Notes: a model not told the origin generated them from the sequence alone. Counted from the stretch's first letter, positions 49,294 to 59,095 are shown. The stretch is DNA of 64,000 nucleotides from Candidatus Latescibacterota bacterium (GCA_963422735.1 OY730476.1:3168001-3232000), one strand, 5' to 3'. Program-made: numbers and translations.

Positions 49294-49707
49294 CTATTTG
49301 AGAACCGCACCAGGCCATTGATCATCGCTGCCCGTCACGTCCACGGTAATGCCGTCTGGGTCTTCGACCTTGAAGGCCCCTTCGCAGATGTTGTGGACAT
49401 CAACCGGCTCTTTGCCTCCCAAACCATCGGAAAAAATTTCATAGCCCATGGCCAACAGGCGGCGGCCAGCCTCCGCGAGGTCGGGCACCCGTACGCCGAT
49501 GTGAAGGTAGTCGATCATGCCGCTGACGTGGGCCGGGCGGGCCGGGCCATTGTGCTGGAAGACGCGGAAGTTGTGGTGGCCGTCGCTGAGGTCGTAGCAG
49601 CTCCCGTGGGTCGAAACCACGGGCAGGCCGAGGCCGTCGCGCCAAAAGCGAATGGTCTTTTCGAGATCCGTGGCCCGGACGCCAATGTGGACGAGTACCG
49701 TACTCAT
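49294..49707 (-). CDS. VOC/glyoxalase family protein
   Basis: HIGV...DLE....F..D.LG, HIG..V.D, DPDG. Confidence 0.88.
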   Translation of the reverse strand: MSTVLVHIGVRATDLEKTIRFWRDGLGLPVVSTHGSCYDLSDGHHNFRVFQHNGPARPAHVSGMIDYLHIGVRVPDLAEAGRRLLAMGYEIFSDGLGGKEPVDVHNICEGAFKVEDPDGITVDVTGSDDQWPGAVLK

Positions 49708-49865
49708 GGCTTTTCTCCTTTCTCGTAGGCTCGCAGCCGTTGTGCCATTAGTGTCCATAATGTAACAAACAAATCACCGCGTGGCACTACCGCGTTCGCC
49801 GGTCGGAATATTCTTTGTTTCATTGTATTTTAATGGAAATTTATTAAGCTGAAAAAGTTTTTTTA

Positions 49866-49968
49866 TATCAATAAGTTATTGTTTTTTGGTCAGATGGAAA
49901 ACCCCCCGTAAAGGGGGGCGAAAAAAGGGGGTAAATTTCTTGACTTATACACAAATGTTTACTATCTT
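49866..49968 (+). promoter_or_regulatory. Sigma70-type promoter with an IHF-consensus site and a palindrome between -35 and -10
   Basis: TATCAATAAGTTA at 49866-49878 (WATCAA-N4-TTR); TTGACT-N17-TATCTT at 49940-49968; TACAC-AAAT-GTTTA at 49948-49961. Confidence 0.6.
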
Positions 49969-50054
49969 TTTGTGCAGGTAATCGAAATAAAAAAGGGCCT
50001 TTTTTATGTTGAAAAGCCGAACGCCAAGGACCTCATCGCAAGGAGCAAAACCAC

Positions 50055-50138
50055 ATGCGACGCGAGATCATCAGCCAGGGCCTGATGTACGCCCTCGTCA
50101 GCCTCTTCGTATTCGCGGTGATGCCGCTTCTCAACTAA
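50055..50138 (+). CDS. 27-aa hydrophobic small protein MRREIISQGLMYALVSLFVFAVMPLLN
   Basis: AAGGAG RBS upstream, GC-rich third codon positions, single TM helix; below the ORF-track cutoff. Confidence 0.65.
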   Translation: MRREIISQGLMYALVSLFVFAVMPLLN

Positions 50139-50166
50139 TAGCCGCTGACCATAGGAGAGCAGAACA

Positions 50167-50310
50167 ATGAACCCGATTTTTGCGTTTCACGCATTGCGCG
50201 AGTTGAGCAAAAACAAACGCGCCCAGCGCCAGGTGAGCCGGCTAGGCCCAATGTGTACAGGAGCGGTCTTCGTCGTCTGGAGCTTTCCCGTTTTCCGCTA
50301 TCTCATCTAG
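50167..50310 (+). CDS. 47-aa small protein with basic N-terminus and hydrophobic C-terminus
   Basis: AGGAG RBS upstream; [47 protein letters not shown]. Confidence 0.55.
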   Translation: MNPIFAFHALRELSKNKRAQRQVSRLGPMCTGAVFVVWSFPVFRYLI

Positions 50311-50332
50311 CCTTGCCCAAAAGGAGAAGATT

Positions 50333-50542
50333 ATGCCGCCTATCGCAAAAGATCGCATCGAACGCGCCGCGCGGATCTATGCTAGCAACCACGACGCCGG
50401 CTCGGCCTTGGGCATTGCCCCGGGCAGTTTCAGCCGCCTCTGTCGCCGCTATGGCATCGAGACGCCCCAAGCGCGCAAGCGCCGTCAGCGCAGCGAGTGG
50501 AAGCAGGATCATCTCAGCCTGCACAACCGAAAGGAGCAGTAA
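50333..50542 (+). CDS. Small basic Fis-like helix-turn-helix protein
   Basis: AAGGAG RBS; N..A..ALGI...[13 protein letters not shown] pattern. Confidence 0.7.
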   Translation: MPPIAKDRIERAARIYASNHDAGSALGIAPGSFSRLCRRYGIETPQARKRRQRSEWKQDHLSLHNRKEQ

Positions 50543-50543
50543 T

Positions 50544-50960
50544 ATGTCGAGTCTCAACAAGGTGTTACTCATCGGCAACTTAGGGTCTGATCCCGAGACG
50601 CGCTTTACTCCGAGCGGCGCTCAGGTTGCCAACTTCAGCTTGGCCACCAGTGAGTCGTGGAACGACAAGAAGGGGCAGCGCCAGGAGCGCACCGAATGGC
50701 ACCGCATCGTCTTGTGGCAGCGCCTCGCCGAAATCGCTGGTCAGTACCTAAAAAAGGGCAGCAAGATTTACATCGAGGGCAAGCTACAAACGCGCTCTTG
50801 GGAAGATCAGCAGGGCCAGAAGCGCCAGACCACCGAAGTCGTTGCCAACACCATGAAAATGCTCGGCGCAGAGCGCGCTGTCGAGGCCGCTGAGAGCAAC
50901 GGCCATGCACTCGCCGCCGCTCCTGCGGCTGGCCCCAACGGCGACGATCTGCCCTTTTAG
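50544..50960 (+). CDS. ssb: Single-stranded DNA-binding protein
   Basis: LNKV.LIGNLG.DPE.R, TEWHR.V, YL.KG...YIEG.L.TR.W, C-terminal DDLPF; AAGGAG RBS. Confidence 0.97.
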   Translation: MSSLNKVLLIGNLGSDPETRFTPSGAQVANFSLATSESWNDKKGQRQERTEWHRIVLWQRLAEIAGQYLKKGSKIYIEGKLQTRSWEDQQGQKRQTTEVVANTMKMLGAERAVEAAESNGHALAAAPAAGPNGDDLPF

Positions 50961-51010
50961 CCCCGGTTCCTCCGTTCCGCCGAGTTGACGCTCGGACGAG
51001 ATGTATTAGC

Positions 51011-51048
51011 TTGGTCGCGGTCCGCAAAGGATGCGCGGCCATTTTTTT
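51011..51048 (+). terminator. Rho-independent terminator after ssb
   Basis: TGGTCGCG...CGCGGCCA stem followed by T7. Confidence 0.65.
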
Positions 51049-51066
51049 ATTTTTTGGAGGGAAACC

Positions 51067-51903
51067 ATGGCGTTTGAACTCAACGTACCGAGCAAAATAA
51101 AGAGCATAACGAGCGCGTACACAGGCCCGCGCTTTCGCGATGGGAGGCCTAAAGTCGATGGCGATATCGTCGAGCGGATGAAGCGGGTGACCATCGAGGA
51201 AGCTTGGGGCGTACTGATGGGCAAGGGGCATTCGTTTCAGTTCGAAGGCGACTGGATCAACCTGCATCCAAACCGCGTGCTAGTCGGCCGCGCAATAACG
51301 GCCCGCTATATCCCGCATCGGCCCGACTTCGACGGCGTCGTGCAGGCCGAAGGCGAGCGGCACGGTCGGATCGGCGGCCAGAATAGCTGGGTCATAGACG
51401 CCTTAGTCGCCAACGACGTATTGGTTGTCGATCTGTTCGGCAAGGTGCTGCGCGGGACCTTTATCGGCGACAATCTCGGCACGGCGATCGCGGCCAACAC
51501 AGGGGGTACGGGCCTGATCGTCGATGGCGGCATCCGCGACGATCACCGCGTGCGCAAGCTGCCCATCAACGTGCTCTGCAAAGGGCTGCATCCCTCGGCA
51601 ATCGGCGAGGTGACTATGGCCGAGATCAACGGCCCGGTGCGGGTGGGGGCGGCGACCTGTATGCCGGGCGATATCGTGCTGGCGACCCCCACGGGCGTGA
51701 TTTTCGTGCCGCCGCAATACGCCCGCGAGGTCGTGGAGTCATCCGAAAACACCCGCCTGCGCGACTATTGGGGCAAAAAGAGCATTGCCGACGGCCGCTA
51801 CACGCCCGGAGAGGTGGATCGCAAGTGGTCGCCTAAGATGGAAAAAGAATTCGCCAAGTGGCAAAAAACGGCTGATATAGAGGCGATTTTCGCCGAATTA
51901 TAG
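51067..51903 (+). CDS. RraA/HMG aldolase family protein
   Basis: LVGRA.T, D.LVVD, G...DGG.RD, PGDIV.A...GV.FVP. Confidence 0.88.
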   Translation: MAFELNVPSKIKSITSAYTGPRFRDGRPKVDGDIVERMKRVTIEEAWGVLMGKGHSFQFEGDWINLHPNRVLVGRAITARYIPHRPDFDGVVQAEGERHGRIGGQNSWVIDALVANDVLVVDLFGKVLRGTFIGDNLGTAIAANTGGTGLIVDGGIRDDHRVRKLPINVLCKGLHPSAIGEVTMAEINGPVRVGAATCMPGDIVLATPTGVIFVPPQYAREVVESSENTRLRDYWGKKSIADGRYTPGEVDRKWSPKMEKEFAKWQKTADIEAIFAEL

Positions 51904-51962
51904 AAAATGGGCCGAGGCAGATACAAATGCCCCGGCCCGCTGTCGGACAGCTTTTCCCGCTG

Positions 51963-53051
51963 CTAGCGCACCAGCCAAGCGCTGAAGCGCTCGTTCATCT
52001 CGTCCATGTTGTCGCTCCACCAGCGCCAGTCGTTGTGCAGCGCGCCCGCCGCGTTGGCTGGATACGTAGGCATGTGCGGGGCCATCTCCTCGCCGGTCTC
52101 GGCGTGGACCGAAATGAGATCCATGCCCGAGTGCCGCGCCGGCGCATAGGCAATGTAGCGGCCCACGCCGGCCATGGACGCCGGCCGGGCCGCAAAGGCA
52201 AGGAACTTGTGCGCAGCCTCCAAATTCGGTGCCCCCGCCGGGATGACGAGCTGGCCTATGCCCATCACTTGGCCGTCCCAGACGATAGTAAAGGGCTGCT
52301 TCTCTAAGACCTGCGCGTTGAATATGCGCCCATTGTACGCCGTGGTCATCGCCACTTCGCCATCCGCGAGCATCTGCGGCGGCTGCGCACCGGTCTCCCA
52401 CCAGACCACCTGATCCTTGATCGCGTCGAGCTTGCGGAATGCGCGACTGACCCCTTCGGGCGTGTCGAGGGTGGCGTACACCTCGTCCCGGGGCACCCCA
52501 TCGGCCATCAGGGCAAACTCCAAGTTTACGGCCGGCGTACGCCGCATTCCGCGCCGGCCCGGGAACGCCTCAAGGTCGAAAAAGTCGGCGATGGTCTCTG
52601 GTTTGCGCTCCTCAAAATGGTCCGTGCGGTACGCATAGATGGTTGAGTAGAACAACGTGCCGAGGCCGCATTCGCCCATAGTTTCCGGGTAAAAGTCGTC
52701 CGCGGCCGATTCGCCATTCGCCCCGAGAGGTAGCTCAAAGTCTAGCACTTCGAGGAGGCCCTCGTCGCAGCCGGTCATGGCATCGGCGACCTCCATATCC
52801 ACCACGTCCCAATGCACGGCCCCCGCCTCCACTTGGGTGCGCAATTGGGCGAGGCCGCCGTTGTAGTCCTCCAAGTGGACTTCAATGCCCGTCTCGGCCG
52901 TAAACGCCTCGTGATAGCCTTTTACGCAGGCGCGTGCATACGATCCGCCCCAAGACACCACGGTCAGGGATTCCGCGTTGGCCGCCGCACACCACGTCAG
53001 CGCGGCCAAAGCACCCGTCCAAACTAGCCTGCTAGCCCAACTTTTATTCAT
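51963..53051 (-). CDS. ABC transporter substrate-binding protein (PotD/PotF-like)
   Basis: Signal peptide, LTVVSWGG.Y, WDVVD, FPG.RG, LE.AL.ADG, AYNGR. Confidence 0.9.
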   Translation of the reverse strand: MNKSWASRLVWTGALAALTWCAAANAESLTVVSWGGSYARACVKGYHEAFTAETGIEVHLEDYNGGLAQLRTQVEAGAVHWDVVDMEVADAMTGCDEGLLEVLDFELPLGANGESAADDFYPETMGECGLGTLFYSTIYAYRTDHFEERKPETIADFFDLEAFPGRRGMRRTPAVNLEFALMADGVPRDEVYATLDTPEGVSRAFRKLDAIKDQVVWWETGAQPPQMLADGEVAMTTAYNGRIFNAQVLEKQPFTIVWDGQVMGIGQLVIPAGAPNLEAAHKFLAFAARPASMAGVGRYIAYAPARHSGMDLISVHAETGEEMAPHMPTYPANAAGALHNDWRWWSDNMDEMNERFSAWLVR

Positions 53052-53056
53052 ATCGC

Positions 53057-53692
53057 TTACCTGTTGGGCTGCGGCGTGACGCGCAGGTAGGGTTTAACCG
53101 CCGTGAAGCCCTGAGGGAATTTCTCGGTAGCTTCCGCGTCCGAGAGGGCCGGGACCACGATGCAGTCGTCGCCGTCTTGCCAGTTGGCCGGGGTGGCGAC
53201 CGAGTAATTGGCCGTTAGCTGCAGCGAATCAATCACGCGCAAAATTTCGTCGAAGTTGCGGCCTGTCGAGGCCGGGTAGGTCAGCGTCAGCTTGACCTTT
53301 TTGTCCGGGCCAATGACGAAAACCGAGCGCACGGTCATGTTGTCGAGCGCATTGGGGTGAATCATGCCGTAGAGCTCGGCGACCTTGCGCTCGGGATCGG
53401 CGATCATCGGGAAGCCGACATTGGCGTTTTGGGTCTCGTTGATGTCGGCGATCCAGCCCTCGTGGTCGTCAACCGAGTTGACGCTCAAGGCGATGATCTT
53501 AACGCCGCGCTTTTCGAATTCCTCTTCGATGTTGGCCACTGTACCTAACTCCGTGGTGCAGACCGGGGTGAAGTCGGCGGGGTGGGAAAAGAGCACCCCC
53601 CAAGAGCCGCCGAGCCATTCGTGAAAGTTGATGGGGCCTGCGGTGGTTTCCGCGCTGAAATCAGGGGCTTCGTCGCCGAGTTGGATAGCCAT
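53057..53692 (-). CDS. 1-Cys peroxiredoxin (Prx6)
   Basis: FSHPADFTPVCTTE, YP.STGRN.DEILR. Confidence 0.95.
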   Translation of the reverse strand: MAIQLGDEAPDFSAETTAGPINFHEWLGGSWGVLFSHPADFTPVCTTELGTVANIEEEFEKRGVKIIALSVNSVDDHEGWIADINETQNANVGFPMIADPERKVAELYGMIHPNALDNMTVRSVFVIGPDKKVKLTLTYPASTGRNFDEILRVIDSLQLTANYSVATPANWQDGDDCIVVPALSDAEATEKFPQGFTAVKPYLRVTPQPNR

Positions 53693-53765
53693 GATGGTTC
53701 TCCTTTTTCCTACTTGAGAGGGTTTGCAAACGAACATTCAAATATCAAGGTACTCCTAGCCGTCG

Positions 53766-54593
53766 TCAATTGGTCGCCAACAGCCGCTTGAGATAGCGGG
53801 CACTCTCGCGGACAGCGGCTTGAGTATCCAGTTCGGCTGAAGCCTGATGAACCGTTACATAGCCCTTGTAGCCGACCGCGCGCAGCGCGTCAATCAGTGG
53901 CGGAAAGCTAATGCCTCCTTTTCCCCACAAGGGAATCTGGCGGAACCGCACCTCGCCACGGCACCACGTATCGAGCGCGTCTGGACCATCGGCGGTCAAG
54001 ACGTGATTTTGCAGATACACATTGAATATATGCGGCGCGAAGCGGCGGATGGCATTCAGCCCATAAGGCTGGCCGCATAGCTCTAGGTTGGCCGGTTCGT
54101 AGATTAGGCCGAAATTGGGGCGGCCGATGCTCTCCAAGACTTGCAGCGAGCGATCAATTTCCTCAAAGAGGCTGCGGGTGTGGCACTGGTGTGCTAGGCG
54201 CATATCGCGCTCGGCGGCTTCGTCGGCCGCACGGCAGACCCAAGGGATATCTTCGTCCTGTTTCAGGCAGACGCGCAGTAGCGGAGCGCCGAGCTGTTCG
54301 GCTATATCGAGATAGGGCGTTATATTGCGGAGGGCACCCGGCCCTTGGTCGGAGTTTTCCGGGATGGGGAAGTCGCCAGTGAACATGGAGACGGTCAGCG
54401 AGTAGCGACCGAGAAGGGCACGAGCAACGGCAACCGTCTCTGGCGGGCTGTGGACACCCACTTGCGAGGCGCGCATACAGAGGGCGTCGTAGCCGTGCTC
54501 GGTGGCAAGGATGGCCAATTGTTTGAGCGTCATATTGGCTTCGCGCTTGGCGTGGAATTTTTCGGCCACGCGGACCGAGAGCGAGAGTTTCAT
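53766..54593 (-). CDS. Xylose-isomerase-like TIM-barrel protein
   Basis: NFGL.YEPANL, G.GG..F......L...GY.GYVT; metal ligands atypical. Confidence 0.8.
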   Translation of the reverse strand: MKLSLSVRVAEKFHAKREANMTLKQLAILATEHGYDALCMRASQVGVHSPPETVAVARALLGRYSLTVSMFTGDFPIPENSDQGPGALRNITPYLDIAEQLGAPLLRVCLKQDEDIPWVCRAADEAAERDMRLAHQCHTRSLFEEIDRSLQVLESIGRPNFGLIYEPANLELCGQPYGLNAIRRFAPHIFNVYLQNHVLTADGPDALDTWCRGEVRFRQIPLWGKGGISFPPLIDALRAVGYKGYVTVHQASAELDTQAAVRESARYLKRLLATN

Positions 54594-54674
54594 GGGGATC
54601 CTCGCGGTTGAGGGTTGTTGGCGGCCTGCTTAGGGACCTTCGGGTAATTTGCACAAAGAAAGGATAGCAAACCA

Positions 54675-55535
54675 ATGAGAACGATCCGCGCAATATGGAT
54701 TGCAGTCGTCGCCGGCTTGGTGGCCGTTCCGGCCCAAGCTTGGTGGGGGGATGGGCACGGAATTCTGACCGAAGGGGCGGTGCTGGCCCTGCCGGAGGAC
54801 GTGCCGGCTTTCTTTCGGCAAGGCGGCAACATGGCCAGCCACGTGGTCTTCGATCCAGATCTGTTTAAGAATCGCCGCGCCCCCGCGCTGAGCCACGCCG
54901 AGCACGGAGAACACTATTTCGATCTAGAGTTCCTTGGGGGTCGAGCGATTCCGACGAAGCGCTTTGACTTTATCGCCTTGTGCCAAGAGCTGGACTTGAA
55001 TCCGACCAAGGTCGGGCTGGCACCCTACGCCATCGCCGAGTGGACCGAGCGGCTAGCCGTGGCCTTTGCCGAGCATCGCAAGTGGCCGGAAAACGAGGCG
55101 ATTCAGCAGAAATGCCTCGTCTATGCGGGCATTCTCGCCCACTATGCCCAAGACATTTGCCAGCCCCTACACGCGACCCGGTACTTCGACGGCAAGGAGC
55201 AGGAGGACGGCACGGTTATAGGCAAAGGTATTCACGAACAGGTGGATTCATCGGTGGAGCGGCTCGGCTTTATACCGCAGAATTTGGCAGCCGGGCAAGA
55301 GGTGGCATCCTTTGATTCGCTGATGGAGAGCATCGTCGATCAAATCGAACAGAGCAATAGGCTAGTAGAAGAAGTGTACGCGCTACTAGATCAATGGGAC
55401 GAAGAAGAAGATGCCCAGATGCACACCTTTGTCGAGGCGCGCGCCCGCACCGCCGTGCGCTTCACGGCCTCGCTCTACCTAACGGCTTGGCATCAGTCTG
55501 CCGAAATTCGCTTGCCGGGGTGGTTGCACCGCTGA
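54675..55535 (+). CDS. Secreted zinc-dependent phospholipase C / S1-P1 nuclease family protein
   Basis: Signal peptide ending AQA, then W...GH; H..D, HY..D..QPLH, H...D. Confidence 0.82.
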   Translation: MRTIRAIWIAVVAGLVAVPAQAWWGDGHGILTEGAVLALPEDVPAFFRQGGNMASHVVFDPDLFKNRRAPALSHAEHGEHYFDLEFLGGRAIPTKRFDFIALCQELDLNPTKVGLAPYAIAEWTERLAVAFAEHRKWPENEAIQQKCLVYAGILAHYAQDICQPLHATRYFDGKEQEDGTVIGKGIHEQVDSSVERLGFIPQNLAAGQEVASFDSLMESIVDQIEQSNRLVEEVYALLDQWDEEEDAQMHTFVEARARTAVRFTASLYLTAWHQSAEIRLPGWLHR

Positions 55536-55605
55536 GTGAGCGGCAGCACCCGTCCTGCGTGCAGCAGGGTAGCCGGTTTATTTCACTTTGTCGGGACGGT
55601 TGGCG

Positions 55606-56406
55606 TTAGTTGTTTATGCCCGAAGTTCGAACGGATGCGCGAACTTGGCCTCCGTGTTCCGCGAGCCAAGAGCGGAAGAATTGCAACACGGCTTCGCCAT
55701 CTCCCTGCTGTCGTTGCTTCCGCTGAATGAGCCATAGCTCAATCTCGACGCTCCGCAGGTCCGGGTTTAGCCCTCGGGCTTGGGGGCTGCCGTAGAAATG
55801 CTTGAAATTCGGCTGATTCTTGTAGAACGAGATCGCGTCACTGTTCTGCAGGAGATCTGAAATGATGATGAGACGCCGAGGAACATTGCGTCGTTTGGTA
55901 CTCTGGAAATGCGTTATGGCAACCGACTGCACCGATTCCATGATCGGCGACGATTTCGCCTCTTTATTGGTGAGCAGCTTTCCGAGCTCCTCTTCTAAAG
56001 GCGTGCGAAATTTCTGCTGCCAGTTGCGCCGAATGATCGCTTCGGATTGCGTGAGGTGATCGACGTTGTCCGGGTCGCCGGGGCTACAGACCTTGATAAT
56101 CGGGTCGAGGCTCCCGCCATGCGTAGGGTCCACCGCAAAAAGACTGATCTCGTGATTTTCCTCAATCTCATCGAGCAGATTCCAGATACGAGTCTCCAGA
56201 TCGGACTTGGTAGTGGGCATGAACGAATCTGTGCGATCGAGCAGGACTGCCGTAATCGCCGAGGGCCCCTCCGACCGGCAGAGGGTCCTCGGGTCGCGCT
56301 CGATCGACGGCGGCTTTAGCACCACAAAAACGAGCAAGATAACGACGACCCCCGCGATCATCGCACCGCCTGCTATCATTTTATTCGATAGCTTGCTTTT
56401 ACCCAT
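55606..56406 (-). CDS. Membrane-anchored vWA-like domain protein
   Basis: N-terminal TM, MIDAS-like VLLDRTDS, SPIME, LIIISDLLQNS; start overlaps the upstream stop. Confidence 0.7.
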   Translation of the reverse strand: MGKSKLSNKMIAGGAMIAGVVVILLVFVVLKPPSIERDPRTLCRSEGPSAITAVLLDRTDSFMPTTKSDLETRIWNLLDEIEENHEISLFAVDPTHGGSLDPIIKVCSPGDPDNVDHLTQSEAIIRRNWQQKFRTPLEEELGKLLTNKEAKSSPIMESVQSVAITHFQSTKRRNVPRRLIIISDLLQNSDAISFYKNQPNFKHFYGSPQARGLNPDLRSVEIELWLIQRKQRQQGDGEAVLQFFRSWLAEHGGQVRASVRTSGINN

Positions 56407-57815
56407 TACTTCTCGTCCTGGTCGTCCCTCGGGCTATCCGGCTGCCGGCGATGCGGGGCCAAAGGTCTCAATTCCTCGCTACCCATATTGTACTGATTGT
56501 GTAGCTCCCTTGCACCGTTATCAATTTTTATCTCAGCCGCGCCGGTGATCTTCAAAATTTCCTCGCGCGTCAGCATGGCCTTCGGCAAGCTGGTGTCTAT
56601 TGACGTTTTCACTATTCGCCAAGGCTTCTTGAATCGCTCTGGTGCTTCTCCGCCTCTCATCGCCCGGTTGGTATCCCGGTAGAGCTTAAGCAAGTGGTTT
56701 CCCGCGTGCTCCAAGTGCCCTAGATGGTCGTCGAACGATTTGATAAGGCGTCGATGGTCGTCGATGATAGAATCGTGTTGTCGTCCCGCGAGCAAAATAT
56801 TTTGCTTGATGTCCTCCAACGCTTGCACCGCCTCATCGGACGTTTTCTTTAATCCCTTTAGACAGGCCTGATAGAGCGCGTTGTATGCTTCGTCGGCCTC
56901 CGCAAATACGCGTGCGCACTTCGCGTAACCCGGATAGCGGTCATCCCACAGGATTCCATCGATAAAGCTAATAATCGCAAATAGGAATCCCATGAAGAAC
57001 AGGATCCACGATTGGAAGTCCCCTAGGCCCAATGGATTCTCGCCGAAAGCGGCAATTGCGAGTTTCCCCCCTTCTTCGAGCACCGTACCGGTTGTTTCCC
57101 GATAGTGCGCCACCATCAGGTTGAAAAACAGCGCAAAGGCCATAAACACCACAGAGCCGGCGATGCCCACGGCCTTTCTGCTCCAGTGGATGTGGTTGAA
57201 ACTGGTGACGAGGATGCCGAGCAAAAAGGCAATACCGAGATTGACAAACGAGATGACAACCGCCTCGGTGTACGCGCCGAACAGCCCAAACTCGTTGCCC
57301 TTTGCCAAAAAGGAGGCATTGCCAAATGTCTCAATGAGAAAGAGCACGGCGATGATGCCTATATTAAATATCTTATCGTCCCAACTACGGGGCTGCGGCT
57401 CGCGACTAAGGCCATTTTGTTCCTTAAACTGCTGCAAGTCTTCTTTTTTTCTGCGCAGATACTGTTGCTCTCTACTCAACTCTACTATGGCCTTATCGAC
57501 ATTCTGATCGAACTCCGCTCGTTGCTTGGCCGTTTCAATCTCAATGGAACTTAGTTGCTCCCGGAAATCTAGCGCGACGAGACGCTCCCTGTATGCCCTT
57601 AGCTCGTTCTCGCACGTCTTCTGTGCCTGTGCTTGAGCGCTTTCAATCATCCCGATAACCTTGCGTTCTGTGGGGTCGAGATCGTCTTCCGCACTATCTA
57701 ATGCAGGCCGCCCCCGCCTCGCGTTCCTTTGGCTATCTTCTACTATATGCAGATCTTCCGCGACCTTATTAGTGTCGATCTTCTCAAACGGGTTGGTGTG
57801 AAGATCGTCTATCAT
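56406..57815 (-). CDS. Hypothetical 4-TM protein with long N- and C-terminal coiled coils
   Basis: 469-aa ORF, GAGGAG RBS, four hydrophobic segments in the middle, helical heptad-rich flanks. Confidence 0.8.
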   Translation of the reverse strand: MIDDLHTNPFEKIDTNKVAEDLHIVEDSQRNARRGRPALDSAEDDLDPTERKVIGMIESAQAQAQKTCENELRAYRERLVALDFREQLSSIEIETAKQRAEFDQNVDKAIVELSREQQYLRRKKEDLQQFKEQNGLSREPQPRSWDDKIFNIGIIAVLFLIETFGNASFLAKGNEFGLFGAYTEAVVISFVNLGIAFLLGILVTSFNHIHWSRKAVGIAGSVVFMAFALFFNLMVAHYRETTGTVLEEGGKLAIAAFGENPLGLGDFQSWILFFMGFLFAIISFIDGILWDDRYPGYAKCARVFAEADEAYNALYQACLKGLKKTSDEAVQALEDIKQNILLAGRQHDSIIDDHRRLIKSFDDHLGHLEHAGNHLLKLYRDTNRAMRGGEAPERFKKPWRIVKTSIDTSLPKAMLTREEILKITGAAEIKIDNGARELHNQYNMGSEELRPLAPHRRQPDSPRDDQDEK

Positions 57816-57866
57816 CGCACACTCCTCCTCATTTACGCGTCTTTGGGGCTGAAAATAAAAAACGGC

Positions 57867-57893
57867 AGGGGATTGAGGGGATTGAGGGGATTG
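57867..57893. repeat. Tandem repeat 3 x AGGGGATTG
   Basis: Read directly, upstream of the 4-TM gene. Confidence 0.85.
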
Positions 57894-57947
57894 TATTAAA
57901 GATATGCATAACTGCGATTTTCGCCCCCTATTCTTTGTTTTTTACCC

Positions 57948-59081
57948 TTAAATCACCACCCTAAACCCCTCTCGATCTTCCATTCCCTGCGCGAAGATGC
58001 GCGGGTCAATGTCGAGACCCGCGCCGGGCGTGTCGGGCACGTGCAGGATGGAGCCGGCGAGCCGCCAGCCATCGATGATCAGTCCGGGCATGGTAGCCGG
58101 CGCGGCTTCGAGCAGGCAGAAGTTGGGGATGGAAGCGGCGAAATGGGCGTGGTGAAAGCGCTCGACGTAAGACCCCCAGCAATGGGGAGCGCAGAGCGCG
58201 TTCCACTGCTCTAGACGCGCCGATGTGCTCCGCCACCACGTCAGTCCCATGGCGCGAAAATCGTGCTGTACCACGTCGATAAATCCCTTTTCTACCAAGT
58301 CAAAAAAGTACGGTGGGGGCGAAAATTCTCCGTCGGCAACGAGCGTGTCCCATTCATTTCCGACGATGTGTTCCTTAAGTGCTTGGTTGAGCGGGGCGTC
58401 TTCGGCAAAAGGTTCCTCAAACCAATAGATGCCCACGTCCGTGCAGGCGTCCAACAGGGCTATGGCCGTGTTGAGCGTGTTGCCCATGTTGGCGTCGATG
58501 AGCACCTTGGCCTGCGGGCCAGCGGCTTCGCGCACCGTGCGGATGACCAACTCGTCGCGCTTAAGGCCCGCGGCCGTGGGCATCCAGCGCGCGCCGCGGC
58601 CGACCTTGATCTTGAAATGCAAATAGCCATGCTCGTGGCCGGTGGCGACTTCGCCGCGGAAAATGTCTTTGACCTGTTCCTCATCTGTGGCTTCCAAATC
58701 GTCGATATAGACCGAGCCGTCGTACACTTCGACCTGGCGTTTGCCGCGGGCACCGAGCAGGCGGTACAGCGGCAAATCCATCATCCGCGCCACCAAATCC
58801 CACAGCGGTAAATCGAGGTTGCGGCCCGCCGGCAAGCAGCCATCGGGAAGCTGGAAGAGATCGCTTATTTCCTTGCCGAGGAGCGCGTGCGCCTCGGCCT
58901 CGCCAATGCGAGACCAACCCAAGCCCCAAGCCCCGCTGTCCGTGCGTACTCTGGCGACCGGGTCCGCGATCTGTGTGCCATGGGCGGGAATGCGGGCGTT
59001 GAAGCCGATGTAGCGCGGCCTGCTGCCGCGCAGAACGCATTTTTCAATACAAGTAATCTTCCCTTTGGGGACTTCGTGCAT
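57948..59081 (-). CDS. Mandelate racemase/muconate lactonizing enzyme family protein
   Basis: LWDL......PLY.LLG, KIKVG, DAN, W.EEP, ADGE, PD.PG.G. Confidence 0.9.
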   Translation of the reverse strand: MHEVPKGKITCIEKCVLRGSRPRYIGFNARIPAHGTQIADPVARVRTDSGAWGLGWSRIGEAEAHALLGKEISDLFQLPDGCLPAGRNLDLPLWDLVARMMDLPLYRLLGARGKRQVEVYDGSVYIDDLEATDEEQVKDIFRGEVATGHEHGYLHFKIKVGRGARWMPTAAGLKRDELVIRTVREAAGPQAKVLIDANMGNTLNTAIALLDACTDVGIYWFEEPFAEDAPLNQALKEHIVGNEWDTLVADGEFSPPPYFFDLVEKGFIDVVQHDFRAMGLTWWRSTSARLEQWNALCAPHCWGSYVERFHHAHFAASIPNFCLLEAAPATMPGLIIDGWRLAGSILHVPDTPGAGLDIDPRIFAQGMEDREGFRVVI

Positions 59082-59095
59082 GATCAAGCTCCTCG

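Noticed and set aside
50253-50543. 97-aa N-terminal extension of SSB
   Set aside because: The true start with RBS is at 50544; the upstream part is an alternate frame of the HTH gene.
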